Assembly: GCF_004010195.1 (NCBI RefSeq)
Contig: NC_057720.1
Span: forward strand, 3,150,080-3,214,079
Reading direction: 5' to 3'
DNA length: 64,000 bases
DNA from: Chiloscyllium plagiosum
Lineage: Eukaryota
A model generated the notes under the pieces. The model was not told the DNA's origin. It saw nothing but the letters and a program-made list of their open reading frames with translations, and made no database searches. A program made the position numbers and the translations under genes. Of this stretch, positions 52,080 to 64,000 are shown piece after piece; position 1 is the first letter of the stretch, and every line of letters begins with the position of its first letter.

Positions 52080-53320
52080 TGCAATGAAGCTGGGTGGCAG
52101 GGTGAAATGTGAGGAGGATGTTAGGAGATTACAGGGTGACCTGGACAGGTTAGGTGAGTGGTCAGATGCATGGCAGATGCAGTTTAATGTGGATAAATGT
52201 GTGATTATCCACTTTGGTGGCAAGAACAGGAAGGCAGATTACTACCTAAATGGAGTCAATTTAGGTAAAGGGGCAATACAACGAGATCTAGGTGTTCTTG
52301 TACATCAGCCAATGAAAGCAAGCATGCAGGTACAGCAGACAGTGGAGAAAGCTAAAAGCATGCTGGCCTTCATAACAAGAGGGATTGAGTATAGAGGCAA
52401 AGAGGTTCTTATGCAGCTGTACAGGGCCCTGGTGAGACCGCACCTGGAGTATTGTGCGCAGATTTGGTCTCCAAATTTGAGGAAAGACATTCTGGCTGTT
52501 GAGGGAGTGCAGCGTAGGTTCGCAAGGTCAATTCCCAGAATGGCGGGACTATCTTACGCTGAAAGATTGGAGCGACTGGGCTTGTATATCCTTGAGGTTA
52601 GAAAGCTGAGAGGGGATCTGATTGAGACGTATAAGATTATTAAAGGATTGGACACACTGGAGGCAGGAAGCATGTTTCTGCTGATGTGCGAGTCCCGAAC
52701 CAGAGGACACAGTTTAAAAGTAAGGGGTAGGCCATTTAGATCAGAGATGAGGAGAAACTTCTTCACTCAGAGAGTGGTGGGTGTGTGGAATGCTCTGCCC
52801 AAGAAGGCTGTGGAGGCCAGGTCTCTGGATACTTTTTGGGCGGCACGGTGGCACAGTGGTTAGCACTGCTGCCTCACAGCGCCAGAGACCCAGGTTCAAC
52901 TCCCGCCTCTGGCGACTCTCTGTGTGGAGTTTGGACATTCTCCCCGTGTCTGCGTGGGTTTCCTCCGGGTGCTCCGGTTTCCTCCCACAATCCAAAAATG
53001 TGCAGGTTAGGTGAATTGGCCTTGCTAAATTGCCCGTAGTGTTAGGTGAAGGGGTTAACATAGGAGTATGGGTCTGGGTGGTATACGCTTCGGTGGGTCG
53101 GTGTGGACTTGTTGGGCCGAAGGGCCTGTTTCCACACTGTAAGTAATCTAATCTAAAAAAAAAGAGTTGGATGGAGCTCTTAAGGATAGTGGAATCAAAG
53201 GTAATGGGGATAAGGCAGGAACAGGATACTGATTAGGAATGATCAGCCATGATCATAATGAATGGTGGTGCTGGCTTGAAGGACAGAATGGCCTACTCCT
53301 GCACCTATTGTCTATTGTCA
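52080..53320 (+). mobile_element. CR1 ORF2 3' fragment (about 250 codons still open) with nested HE1 SINE
   Basis: KLGGRV..LQGDLDRLGEW..WQMQFNVDKC..LVRPHLEYC..RNFFTQRVV; tail (ctattgt)n. Confidence 0.92.
52838..53155 (+). mobile_element. Full-length HE1-type V-SINE
   Basis: gggcggcacggtggcacagtggttagcac..ccacactgtaagtaatctaatcta. Confidence 0.92.
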
Positions 53321-53511
53321 TAAATAAGGCCGGGTACCCTGAAAGGTCAGTTGAAACCACAATGAGAAGGTTGTTTTAATCGACTTCTGCTGAGCCTGGT
53401 TTCAAATAGAAATTAATAATGTGAGAATTTTGAATTCAGTGTCACTGGTCGTGGGAGTTGCTGTGCACTTATTCACCACAATCTTGCAAACCTGTCTGTT
53501 GTAATTGTCAG

Positions 53512-53695
53512 AGGGACATGACACCAGGTTATAGTCCAACAGGTTTATTTGAAATCACAAGCTTTCAGAGCACTAACCCTTCGTCAGGTGCAGTGCCTTC
53601 GTCAGTTTACTTGGTGAAGGGGCAACGCTCTGAAAGCTTGTGATTTCAAACAAACCTGTTGGACTCTAACCTGGTGTCATGTGACCTCTGACCCA
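53512..53695. mobile_element. Fold-back element (caccaggttat family) with hammerhead motif
   Basis: Minus strand 53590-53556: CAC [CTGACGA] AGGGT-TAGT-GCTCT [GAAA] GC TT GTG, containing the AAGCTT palindrome. Confidence 0.8.
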
Positions 53696-54609
53696 GTCGG
53701 CTCCCTGACTTCATGTTGTACTTGCAGCTGAGTGCAAACTCTGTGTGTCCTTTATTATTTTTGTCTGTGTTCCTTCTTGTCTGAATCATTGAATGCTTTG
53801 CTTCCAGTTCATGTCCCTTCCATCAGTGTCAGGGAGGTACTGGAGATCAGTGAATGATGTAGCTGAAATCTCTGGGTTGCTGTGCTGGGATTTGTGCTCA
53901 GCAGCTGTATCTGTGCTGGAAGGTAGTCTATCTCTGAGCAAACTAACATCTCTCATAATCTGCTGGTTCTTATTTCTGAAACACAGCAGTTTGAGAAAAG
54001 GTGGCCTACTTCACGCTCGAAATGAACTTTCTTTCAGCAACATGACTTGGTATGAATCTCCAGCATAGCTGGTGTTTAGCCTGTGACTAAGGTACATTTG
54101 AAACCAGGGAGTCCCCAGTGTAGTCAGCACTCAGTTTTGAGTGAATCGATTTCAGTTCACTGATAGGGTGAGCCCATTGGAGAAGGGATGCAATCTGTCC
54201 TAGCCCCTGTTTCCCCTTCTTTACCACGTTAACAGAAACAGAAATTGCTGGAGAAACTCAGCAGGCTGGGTAACATTTGAGGGAAGAAACCAGAGCTAAT
54301 ATTACACGTCTGGTAACTCTTCGAGGGTTACAGGGAAAACACAGGGAAGTGGACGTAAGGAATGTCGGATCATCCATGATCCTATTGAATGGCAGAGCAG
54401 GCTCAAGGGGCCAAAAGGCCTATTCCTGTTCCTATTCCAGATGGATTTATAATGTCCTTGCAGGCTTTGTCGTTGAATTTTGTTTGATCAATGTCATAAT
54501 CATTGAGTCAGACAGCACAGAAACAACCTTTCCGTCCAACCAGTCCATGCCAAACATTATCCCAAACTAAACTAGTCCCACCCACCTGCTCTTGACCAAT
54601 ATCTTTCCA

Positions 54610-54890
54610 AGGCAAAAGTGAGGACTGCAGATGCTGGAGATCAGAGCCTAGATTAGAGCGGTGCTGGAAAAGCACAGCAGGTCAGGCAGCATCCGAGGAG
54701 CAGGAAAATCAACGTTTCGGGCAAAAGCCCTTCATCAGGAATGAAGGCAGGGAGCCTCCAGGGTGGAGACATAAATGAGAGGAGGGTGGGGATGGGAAGA
54801 AGGTAGCCAAGAGTACAAGAGGTGAATGAAGGTGATAGGGGGAGGGAATGAAAGTGATAGGTCGGAGAGGAGGATGGAGCGGATAGGTGG
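54610..54890 (-). mobile_element. PLE-tail element with intact hammerhead core
   Basis: Minus strand attcCTGATGAagggcttttgcccGAAACGTT; same family as 4936-5178. Confidence 0.82.
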
Positions 54891-55792
54891 TGTCTCTCAG
54901 CCTATACTTCAGAATCCAAACCCTACCCCATTGAGGTAGTCAAGCCCTTCCACCCCTGCACCCTCTCCCCTGGAGTTACCTGGGTCCCAGCAGTGTCAGA
55001 GGGCAGAGATTTGTGCCAGTGAAGGGTGGTACCCTGTCTTTAAGAGGTTTCTAACAAAGCTTTCCAGTCCAGATTTTATCCAATGGACTGAATTTTAAAT
55101 TCCCCAACTGGTGTGCTGGGATTGGAGACCATGCCTTTGGAACATTAGTGCAGCTCTAATACTGAGTAATGGGTTGAAGGGCTATTGGGAGAGAGCAGGA
55201 GAGTGGAGGTGAACCGAGATGAGCTCAGCTATGACTGTATCAAATGGTGGAGCATGTTCACAGGGCTGAATGGCCTCCTCCTGCTCTTAGATCTAATATT
55301 CCCATGTCCCTATACATCTCTGGATCCGTACCATGGTGATTGTGCAAAGATAACTCTTGAGGATACAAAGGCATTCTCTCCCCATGTTGCTATAGTGCAG
55401 GTGCACCTCAGCATTAACCCTTTCAGTGCCTTTCAGCCTCATCCAACAGAGCTCCAGCATCAATGCGTTTTCTTTATGGAACACTGAGTTAACATGACAG
55501 CCATCTCGACACAGGCTGAGTGACACCACTTCAGAGACACCACTTCACCACGTTTTGGGTCTGATATGACTCTTTTTCATCATAACAGACTGAAAACCTT
55601 CACTTTGTTTCTCTCTCCACAGATGCTGCCAGACTTGCTGAGTTTCTCCAGCATTCTCTGTGCTTGTTTTAGGTTTCCAGCACCTGCAGTGTTTTGTTTT
55701 TATTTGAATGTTTTCGCCTGTCATTCCTCCACCAGGCATTTTATCGGAATAGCATCTGGAACTCTGGCTGATTAGTCAGCGAGAGCAGCACA

Positions 55793-56135
55793 GGGGTGTG
55801 GCTCAGTGGTTAGCACTGCCGCCTCACAGCACCAGGGGCCCTGGTTTGATTCCAGCCTCAGGTGACCGTCTGTGTGGAGTTTGCACACTCTCCCCGTGTC
55901 TGTGTAGTTTTCCTCTGGCTGTTCCGGTTTCCTCCCACAGTCCAAGGATGTGCAGCTTAGGGTGGATTGGCCTGTGCTAAATTGCCTATTGATTCCAGAG
56001 ATGTGTAGGTTAGGTGTATTATCTATAGGAAAACGTAGGGATAGGGCAGGGGTGGTGGCTCTGTGTGGTTTGCTCTCCAGAGGGTTGATATGAGCTTGTT
56101 GGGCTGAAGGGTCTATTCCCATGCTGTAGGGATTC
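55793..56135 (+). mobile_element. HE1-type V-SINE
   Basis: Consensus motifs. Confidence 0.83.
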
Positions 56136-57001
56136 GATAAAAATTATTGATGTTTTTTTCTGGGAATGATTAGAGCTGTGAATTATTTTGGTGAAATGTA
56201 ATGGTGGTGAATAATGGGAGGATGTAATGTAATTGGTGAGGTAAAAATTTAAGTAAAAGCACAACTGGAAAGCTGAATAATCTTGACATTGGAGGCATAT
56301 TATTTGGAATTATCAACGTCTTAAATATGGAAGTCACTTCAATATTGAGTTCAACAGTTTGAGACAATCAATGCTTCTGGATGTATGTTTGCTCACTGAG
56401 CTGGAAGGTTTGGTTTCAGGGAGACATCTCATCATCATACTAGGTAATATCATCAGTGAGCCTCCAGTGAAGCACTGGTGGTATGGCCTGCTTTTCATTT
56501 ATGTGTTTAGGTTTCCTTGGGTTGGTGACATCATTTTCTGTGGTGACATCATTTCCTATGATGATGTCATACCCTGTTCTTTCTCTCAGGGGGCCGTAAA
56601 TGGGATCCAAGTCAATGTATTTGTTGATAGAGTTCCGGTTGGAATGCCTTGCTTCTAGGAATTCTCGTGCACATCTTTGTTTGGCTTGCCCTAGGATCGA
56701 TGCATTGTCCCCAGTTGAAGTGCTGTCCTTCCTCATCTATATGTAAGGATACTAGTGAGAGAGGTTTCATGTCTTTTTGATGTTCACGTATCCTGCTGGT
56801 TGGTCCTCTGACTTGTTGTCTATATAGGACCTTTCAAGTTCATTAGCTGCTGTTTTAGTGTGTTGTTGGGTTTGTGGGCTACCATCATGCCAAGGGGTCT
56901 GAGTAGTCTGGCAGTCATTTCCAAGATGTCTTTGATGTAGGGGGGAGTGGCTACGGTTTCTGGACGTGCTTTGTCTGCTTGTTTGGGGTTGTTGCTCAGA
57001 A

Positions 57002-57913
57002 GGATTCTAGGTAATCCAAGATGGAGGATGGGAAAAATTTCTGGCTGTATCGGCTGCTCCTTTTTTGAGGTATTTTAGGTGTTGGAGGTGATTTCCTCGA
57101 ATTCCAGGAGCAGCAATTACTGTTTTATATGCTGTTGCATTGTTTTGGAACTTTGGGAAAAAAAAGTCAAAACGACAGCAGTTTTAAAAGGGAGAAGAGC
57201 AGACAAAGGAAGCACGTGGTGAGGACAGTGCAGGAGAGAGAGAGACAGAGAGAGAGAGAACCTGCACAGTTACTGCCTTTGCTTTTTTGAATTCATGTAT
57301 CGCTGGACATCGGAGTGCATCTGGGAAAATTAACAAACAGTGAATTTCACAACTAATCTTGGAGGAACCTGTTTGGGCGAAGTTAATCGTTGTTTTAAGT
57401 GTGTCCAATAGAAAGGCTGTAGTAGTGAGTAGAGTGGGTTCTTTCTTGATTATATGTTTTTGGAGATATATCTCTTGATTAAACTTAAAATATATGGAAT
57501 GAGCTGCCAGAAGAAGTGGTGGAGGCTGGTACAGTTGCAACATTTAAGAGGCATTTGGATGGGATAGGAAGGGATATGGGCCGGGTGCTGGCAGGTGGGA
57601 GTAGATTGGGTTGGGATTCTGGTCTGACAAATGTGTTGCTGGAAAAGCGCAGCAGGTCAGGCAGCATCCAAGAAGCAGGAGAACGACATTTCGGGCATAA
57701 GCCCTTCTTCAGGAATCATGCTTATGGCTGAAACGTCGATTCTCCTGCTCCTTGGATGCTGCCTGACCTTCTGCGCTTTCCAGCAACACATTTTTCAGCT
57801 CTGATCTCCAGCATCTGCAGTCCTCACTTTCTCCTTGGGATTCTGGTCAGCATGGATGGGTTGGACCGAAGGGTCTGTTTCCATGCTGTACAGCTCTATA
57901 ACTCTATGACTCT
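57002..57913 (+). mobile_element. Putative CR1 5' leader fused to CR1 3' tail, inserted in the Penelope element
   Basis: Begins ggattctaggtaatccaagatggagg (same as 27529 on the minus strand), jumps at about 57492 to tatggaatgagctgcc and ends ctatgactcta. Confidence 0.75.
57625..57834. mobile_element. 210-bp fold-back hammerhead dimer with 14-bp TSD
   Basis: TSD ttgggattctggtc at 57611-57624 and 57835-57848. Confidence 0.88.
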
Positions 57914-60029
57914 AAATCGGCAGACTATGTTCATTGGGGACCCGTTCTTTTTGAATACACTGTATAGGTGATATTCCTTTGCTCAGCGTAGTTCCTCTGT
58001 GCTGCAGTGTGTGGTGGCTCGTTAAAATAATGTTCTAATGCAGCTTCATTTGTGGGTGTTGGGATGATTGTTTTTGTAGTTCAGCATTTCGTCCGTATGT
58101 GTTGTTTTCCTGTAGACGCTGGTTTGAAGTTCCACATTGGCTGGTCACTCTACAGTGACATCTAGGAATGGCAGTTTGTTGTTGTTTTCCTCCTCTTTAG
58201 TGAATTTTATGCCAGTAAGGGTATTATTGATGGTGTTGAAGGCTTCCTCTAATTTGATTCATTTGGTGATGACAAAGGTGTCATCCACGTAGTGGACCCA
58301 GAGTTTGGGTTGGATGGTTGGTAGAGCTGTTTGTTTGAGTCTCTGCATTACTGCCTCTGCTAAGGACCCTGATATCGGAGATCCCGTGGGTGTTCTGTTG
58401 GTTTGTCTGTAGGTTTTGTTGTTGAAGGTGAAGTGTGTGATAAGGCATAGGTCCACTAGCTTGATGATAATGTCCTTGCTGATGAAGTTAGTGGTGTTTG
58501 GTATATGTGTCTTTGGGTCTTCTAATAGTGTAGTCAGTGTTTCCTTGGCCAGGTTAATGTTGATTGATGTAAACAGGGCTGTTACATCAAAGGAGACCAT
58601 TATTTCATCCTCTTCTATCTTGATGTCTTTGATGGTCTTCAGGAATTCTTGGGTGGTGTGGATGGAGTGGGGTGAGTCTTCTATTAAGTGTTTTAGTCTT
58701 TGGCCAGTCTATAAGTTGGTATTCCAGACAGTGAGACTATGGGTCTGAGGGGGGGCTCCTGGTTTGTGAATTTTGGGTAATCCATACAAGCGTGGTGTGT
58801 TGGATCGATCTGGTTTCATTTTTTGGAAGTCAGTCTTATTTATTTCTCCAAATTTCTAAAGTGTTTTTGAGTCGGGCTGTGATTCGGTTTTCTTGTTGTG
58901 GGGTCGGGTCTATCGCCATCTGTTGGTAAGTGTTGGTATCTGCAACACTTTCACGTTCGCTTTCTCAATGTAGTCTCTTTGACTTAGAATGACTGTCAAG
59001 CGTCCTTTGTCTGCAGGAAGCATAGCGACATTTTTATTTTTTAAAAATCCTTTTCTTTCTTGTGTATTGAGTGTGTTTCCTTCCTTTTTTCTGCTGAATG
59101 TTGGTGCGACTGTCTGTCTGATAGTCTGTCTGTGAGTTGGTTGTCTTTCAATGTTGTTTGTACTGCTGCTAAGAAATCTTTCTTGTCCGCATCCTGGAGG
59201 TTATAATTTAATCCTCTTACTAAGAAGGCTTTTTCACTCTCTGTTTAGGGTGAATGCTGGCCACTTAGTGGTTTAAATCTTGTCTCCATGTTTTATTCTC
59301 AGACACAGTTGTTCATTGTTCTGTCTTTAACACACACAATAGATCAACACTTTGTTCCTTTCCTAAAGCTGCCACTGCTTCCTTTGCCTTTTGTTCTGTG
59401 ACATCTTTAATGTAATGTAGCCTCTCTGCCCTCATTGCTATCTGAATCCACCCCTCTTTTTCCCAGGCCATCCTTTTGATCAGCTACATCCATTGTATTT
59501 CTACCTCCCTTTGGTTATCAAGGAGAGGCACAGGACTCAAAATATTAAACCTGTTTCTCTCTCCACAGATCCCACCATGCCGATCCATCAGGCTTTTCCA
59601 GCATTTTCTGTTTTTATTTCAAATCTGCAGTATTTTGGTTTTATATTAATGAAATTGCAGGTGTTGGGTTTGGAGGTGTAACTCAAAATGTGTCTGTTTG
59701 TCAATAAAAGCTCCAGGCTGTGTGGAGATCAGTAGTGTGAGACGGCAGTATAGCCATAACAGTGTGATGAAAGGCACAGAAAAATATTAGAGAAATAAAG
59801 CATAAAAGTGGGTGAGTTCTTTTATTCATTCAATAGATGTTGGGCCAGTATTTATCACCCAAACCTAACTACCCTGGACAAGCTGGTTTAGAGCTGCCAA
59901 GTTGTTCAGGTGTTGTAACATTCCCAAAGCTATGAAAGAGGAAGATCAAGGATTTTGACCGAGTGACACTGAAGTTGTACCAGTATAGTTCCAAGTCAGG
60001 ATGGTGATGGATAGTCAAGGGGAGACAAT

Positions 60030-60360
60030 GTCCTACTGTCACTGGACTGTTAATCCAGAGACCCAGATATAATTCCAGGAAAATCAAGTTTGACTCATAC
60101 CATGGCAGATGGTGGGTTTGAATTTAATAAAAATTGGGAATTAAGAGTCTAATGATGACCATGAATTCATTGTCGGTAATCAGGAAAGTCCCCTCAGGTT
60201 CCCTTTAAAGAAGGAAACTGCCATTCTCACCTGCTCTGGCCTACATGTGACTTCAGGTGCACAGCAACGTGGCTCAGTTTATCTGCCCTCTGGGCACTTA
60301 GGATGGGCAATAAATACTGGCCCAGTGATACTCACACCCCCTGTGAATGAATAAAAAAAA
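60030..60360 (+). mobile_element. SINE (LINE-shared tail family)
   Basis: Same body and gggcaataaatactgg..gaatgaataaaaaaa tail as 4040-4330. Confidence 0.72.
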
Positions 60361-60912
60361 CCTCAAAGTTCATTCTTTCTGGTAGAGTAATGGCCAGCTA
60401 TAAGAGCCACCAATTAAAACCATAAACTAACTAATAGAGGGGAAAGCTTGTTTAGAGACAGGGGTGAGAATGTGGATCTCACTACTACGAGAAAAGCAGA
60501 GATGTATTTAAGGGGAAGTCAGATAAATATACAAGTCACAAAGAGCAGAGGGATGTGCTGATAGTGTGATCAAGATGAGGAAGAAGGAGGTTCACACACA
60601 GCAGAGAGACTGGCATCAATCTGTTGGGCCAAATGGCCTGTTTCTACGCTGTGAATTCTTCATAATCCATTCAGAATTATTTCAGAGTGTAATGACAAAA
60701 ATGAGCACCTCTTTCTCACCTGGTTCTCTGTATGGTGAAAACTAACTGGACATGCCTGTCCCTGGTTGGACCGATGATCAGTTCTTGAACCGATGGAACA
60801 GGCTAGAAAGCCACATCCTGCTCCCATCAGATCAGAAAATAAAGGAAGAGGTTGTCTCTGCTAACTGAGCCAGTTAAGTGTGGCTTTACTGTGGCTGCTT
60901 CACTGAGTTTGA

Positions 60913-61104
<192 letters not shown>

Positions 61105-61175
61105 TGAACTTCTTAAAGAACTTTTGCTCAGAAGAGGAGCTTTTACAGCTAACTTGCTGTTACATAAGAACCTTG

Positions 61176-61504
61176 TGGCATTATCGCTAGACCGTTAATG
61201 CAGAACCTCAGCTTATGTTCTGGGTTCGAATCCCGCCACAGCAGATGGTGGAATTCAAATTGAATAAATAAAAATGTCTGGAATTAAGAATCTACTGATG
61301 ACCATAAAACTGCTATTGACTATTATAAAACCCATCTGATTCACTAATGCCCTTTAGTGCCACCCTTACCGGTCTGGCCTCCATGTGACTCCAGACCCAC
61401 AGCAATGTGGCTGACACTGAACTGACCCCCCGGACAATAAGTGATGGGAAATAACTGCTTGGCCGAGCCAGCAATGCCCACATGCCATGAATGAATAAAA
61501 AAAA
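61176..61504 (+). mobile_element. SINE (LINE-shared tail family)
   Basis: gtggcattatcgctagac..ggttcgaatccc (B box)..catgaatgaataaaaaaa. Confidence 0.75.
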
Positions 61505-62806
61505 GCTAGAAACAGCAGTAGGCCATTCAGCCCTTCTATTTAATATGATGGTGGCTGATCTCATCTCAGCTTCAATGCCATTTTACTGCCCTTCAACCCA
61601 TTGCCAGTGAAAAACCTGTCCACCTCCTCTTGCAATTTTACTTCAGGGTCCCAGCATCCATCACATTCTGGGCATTGAGCTCCACAGATTCATGATACTT
61701 GACAAGAAATAATTTCTCCCCATCTCTGTTTTAAATCTACTACCCCTTGTCCTAAAACAATGACTTCACATTCTAGATCACCCGACATGAGGAAACCTCA
61801 CCTCCACGTTGACTGTGTCAATCCCCTTTAGCATCTGACAGACTTCAACTCAACCTCCTGTCATTCTGTGAAACTTCACCGTGTGTCAGCCTAACCTGCT
61901 CAATCTCTCTTCTTCAGACAAACCTCCCATCTCTGGAAGCAATCTAGTGAACCTCCTCTGAACTGCCTCCAATATAGCTATATCCTTCCCCAAGCAAGGG
62001 GGAACAAAATTGTTGTTACGTTTCCTTGTTATTATTAAGAAGCTGCAATCTGGAACAAGTCCATGCTACCCATATTAAAATCATCAAATCCCCAGCACTG
62101 CAAGATGCCTATGATGGCTCATTGCTTGCAATGTTCTCAGCCCCCTGTACAGTGCTCCTGTACAGTGTTCAATGCTGAGGGTTAAATGCAATCTCTTTGA
62201 AAAGTTATTATTGACCGTGTTTCCACTGAATAAAAATGAAGGTGAGTTAAGTTACGCAGCAGTCATGACATTTTCCCAATGGAATCATAGTATCTCAGCA
62301 TGTGGCAAGTGGCCATTCAGCCCATCATATGTCTACCAGTTCTTTGAAAGATCCTCCAATTTATACCCACAGCCCAGCCCTGGAAGACAAGTTATGGCCC
62401 TACTTTTGGTAATAAGAAGATAGACTTGCAAATGATTGAAGTAAATGAGACAAAACACAGTACAGAGATGAATCACTCATAAAGGTTTTCAGATACCACC
62501 CCTTGGAATCTGGGAATTTTGTAAGAAGAAAACTACTTTTGTCTTGCTTGGCATTTTTTAAAACATTGTCAAACATGTCATTTAGTTTTATGTTTTGCAT
62601 TTCAGTTCAATGACAGTTTTGAGTAACTTTAAAAACTTTCCTTTTGTAAATGCAAGGATTGTGAGAATTGGCTGAATTTCTCTTTGTGAACACAACAACA
62701 TAAACCAGACCAAGGAACATCAAGTGACAGGGATCATATTGAGATATTGCAGTGACCGGAATTAAATTGATGTTATTGCTATCTTTGTTTTAGATAGCCT
62801 TGTTCT

Positions 62807-63124
62807 GGGCGGCACGGTGGCACAGTGGTTAGCACTGCTGCCTCACAGCGCCAGAGACCTGGGTTCAATTCCCGCCTCAGGTAACTCTCTGTGTGGAGTT
62901 TGCACATTCTCCCCGTGTCTGCGTGGGTTTCCTCTGGGTGCTCTGGTTTCCTCCCACAATCCAAAAATGTGCAGGTTAGGTGAATTTGCCATGCTAAATT
63001 GCCTGTAATGTTAGGTGAAGGGGTAAATGTAGGGGAATGGGTCTGGGTGGGTTACGCCTCGGCGGGTCATTGTGGACTTGTTGGGCCGAAGGGCCTGTTT
63101 CCACGGTGTAAGTAATCTAATCTA
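62807..63124 (+). mobile_element. Full-length HE1-type V-SINE
   Basis: Consensus head to (tctaa)n tail. Confidence 0.92.
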
Positions 63125-63244
63125 GCCTGTGGCTTGCAAATATACATGAAATTAGAATTTGTCTGAAGCCCTAGAGCTGACTCTTGCAAACATGAACAAA
63201 ATTCAGAGATGGCGAGCTTTCTGGGATATTAACTCTTCTCCAAA

Positions 63245-63410
63245 ACCAAAAAAAAAAACTGCGGATGATGTAAATCAAGAACAAAAACAGAAACTGTTGG
63301 AAAAGCTCAGGCAGCATCTGTGGAGAGAAATCAGAGTTAACATTTCGGGTCTCTCTTCACAGATGCTGCCAGATCTGCTGAGCTTCACCAGCAATTTCTG
63401 TTTGTGTTTT
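63245..63410. mobile_element. Fold-back PLE-tail element, centre deleted
   Basis: ggaaaagctcaggcagcatctgtg / cacagatgctgccagatctgctgagc. Confidence 0.65.
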
Positions 63411-63419
63411 CACATTGAC

Positions 63420-64000
63420 GTAAGAACATACAATCAGGAGGCCGTCCAGCTCATCGAGCCTGCTCCCCTATTTAATAAAATCATGGCTGATCTTTTCGTG
63501 GACTCAGCTCCACTTACCATATCCCTTAATTCCATTATTTTTCAAAGAAGTATCTACCTTAGCATTAAAGGTGATTACTGAAGTAGCATCAACTACTTCC
63601 CTGGCCAAGGAATTCCATAGATTCACAACCCTCTGGGTGAAGAAATTCCTTCTCAGTTCAGTTCTAAACCTGTTCCCTCTAATCTTCAGGCCATGTGCAC
63701 TTGTCCTAGTCTCACCTACCAACGGAAACATCCTCTTTATTTCTATTTTATCGATTCCCTTCATAATTTTATATGTTTCTATAAAATGTCCCTCATTCTT
63801 CTAAATTCCAGTGAATATAATCCTAATCTACTCAGTCTCTCCTCATAAGCCAACTCCTCAACTCCGGGATCAACCCAGTGACCCTCCTCTGTAAACCCTC
63901 CAGTGCCAGTCCATCCATTCTCAAGGAAGGAGACCAAATCTGCACACAGTACTCCAGGTATGGCCTCACCAGCACCTTGTGCAGCTGCAACATAACCTCC
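63420..64000 (-). mobile_element. CR1 3' fragment, runs off the window
   Basis: RGNRFRTELRRNFFTQRVVNLWNSL. Confidence 0.88.

Larger units (their letters stand above)
56375..59250 (-). mobile_element. Decayed Penelope-like element with RT, GIY-YIG region and pseudo-LTR
   Basis: MVSFDVTALFTSI..GSPISG..WVHYVDDTFVI (PLE RT); REFLEARHS..INKYIDLDPIY C-terminus; same family as 43899-44913; many stops and frameshifts. Confidence 0.92.

Noticed and set aside
51895..52863. Longest ORF (322 aa) as a host gene
   Set aside because: It is a chimera of unrelated upstream sequence, a CR1 ORF2 C-terminus lacking the RT core, and an HE1 SINE head.
52838..52915. tRNA genes at SINE heads
   Set aside because: A/B boxes continue directly into HE1 SINE bodies; no complete cloverleaf.

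Overview
Repeat-saturated vertebrate genomic DNA. HE1-type V-SINEs and CR1/HER1-type LINE tails point to a shark or other elasmobranch (inference). The only host gene I can support is a dimethylarginine dimethylaminohydrolase (DDAH1-like) on the + strand. Four internal GT-AG exons (42658-42757, 47689-47762, 49828-49947, 60934-61077; 438 nt, 146 aa) splice in frame. I do not see the first or last coding exon, so most of the window is probably intron. The rest is nested retroelements (CR1 fragments, a second L2/CR1-group LINE and a SINE sharing its tail, HE1 SINEs, Penelope-like elements), plus minisatellites and microsatellites. The most notable signal is a set of at least four distinct families of short (about 90-240 bp) insertions. 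Many are flanked by 9-16 bp target-site duplications, and they carry minimal hammerhead-ribozyme motifs (CUGANGA-stemII-GAAA-palindrome) with covarying stems, often as head-to-head fold-back dimers. There are also local templated insertions, where nearby DNA was copied into TSD-flanked sites. Most ORFs in the supplied track are repeat-derived or spurious. Repeat boundaries are read by eye and approximate unless a TSD is given.
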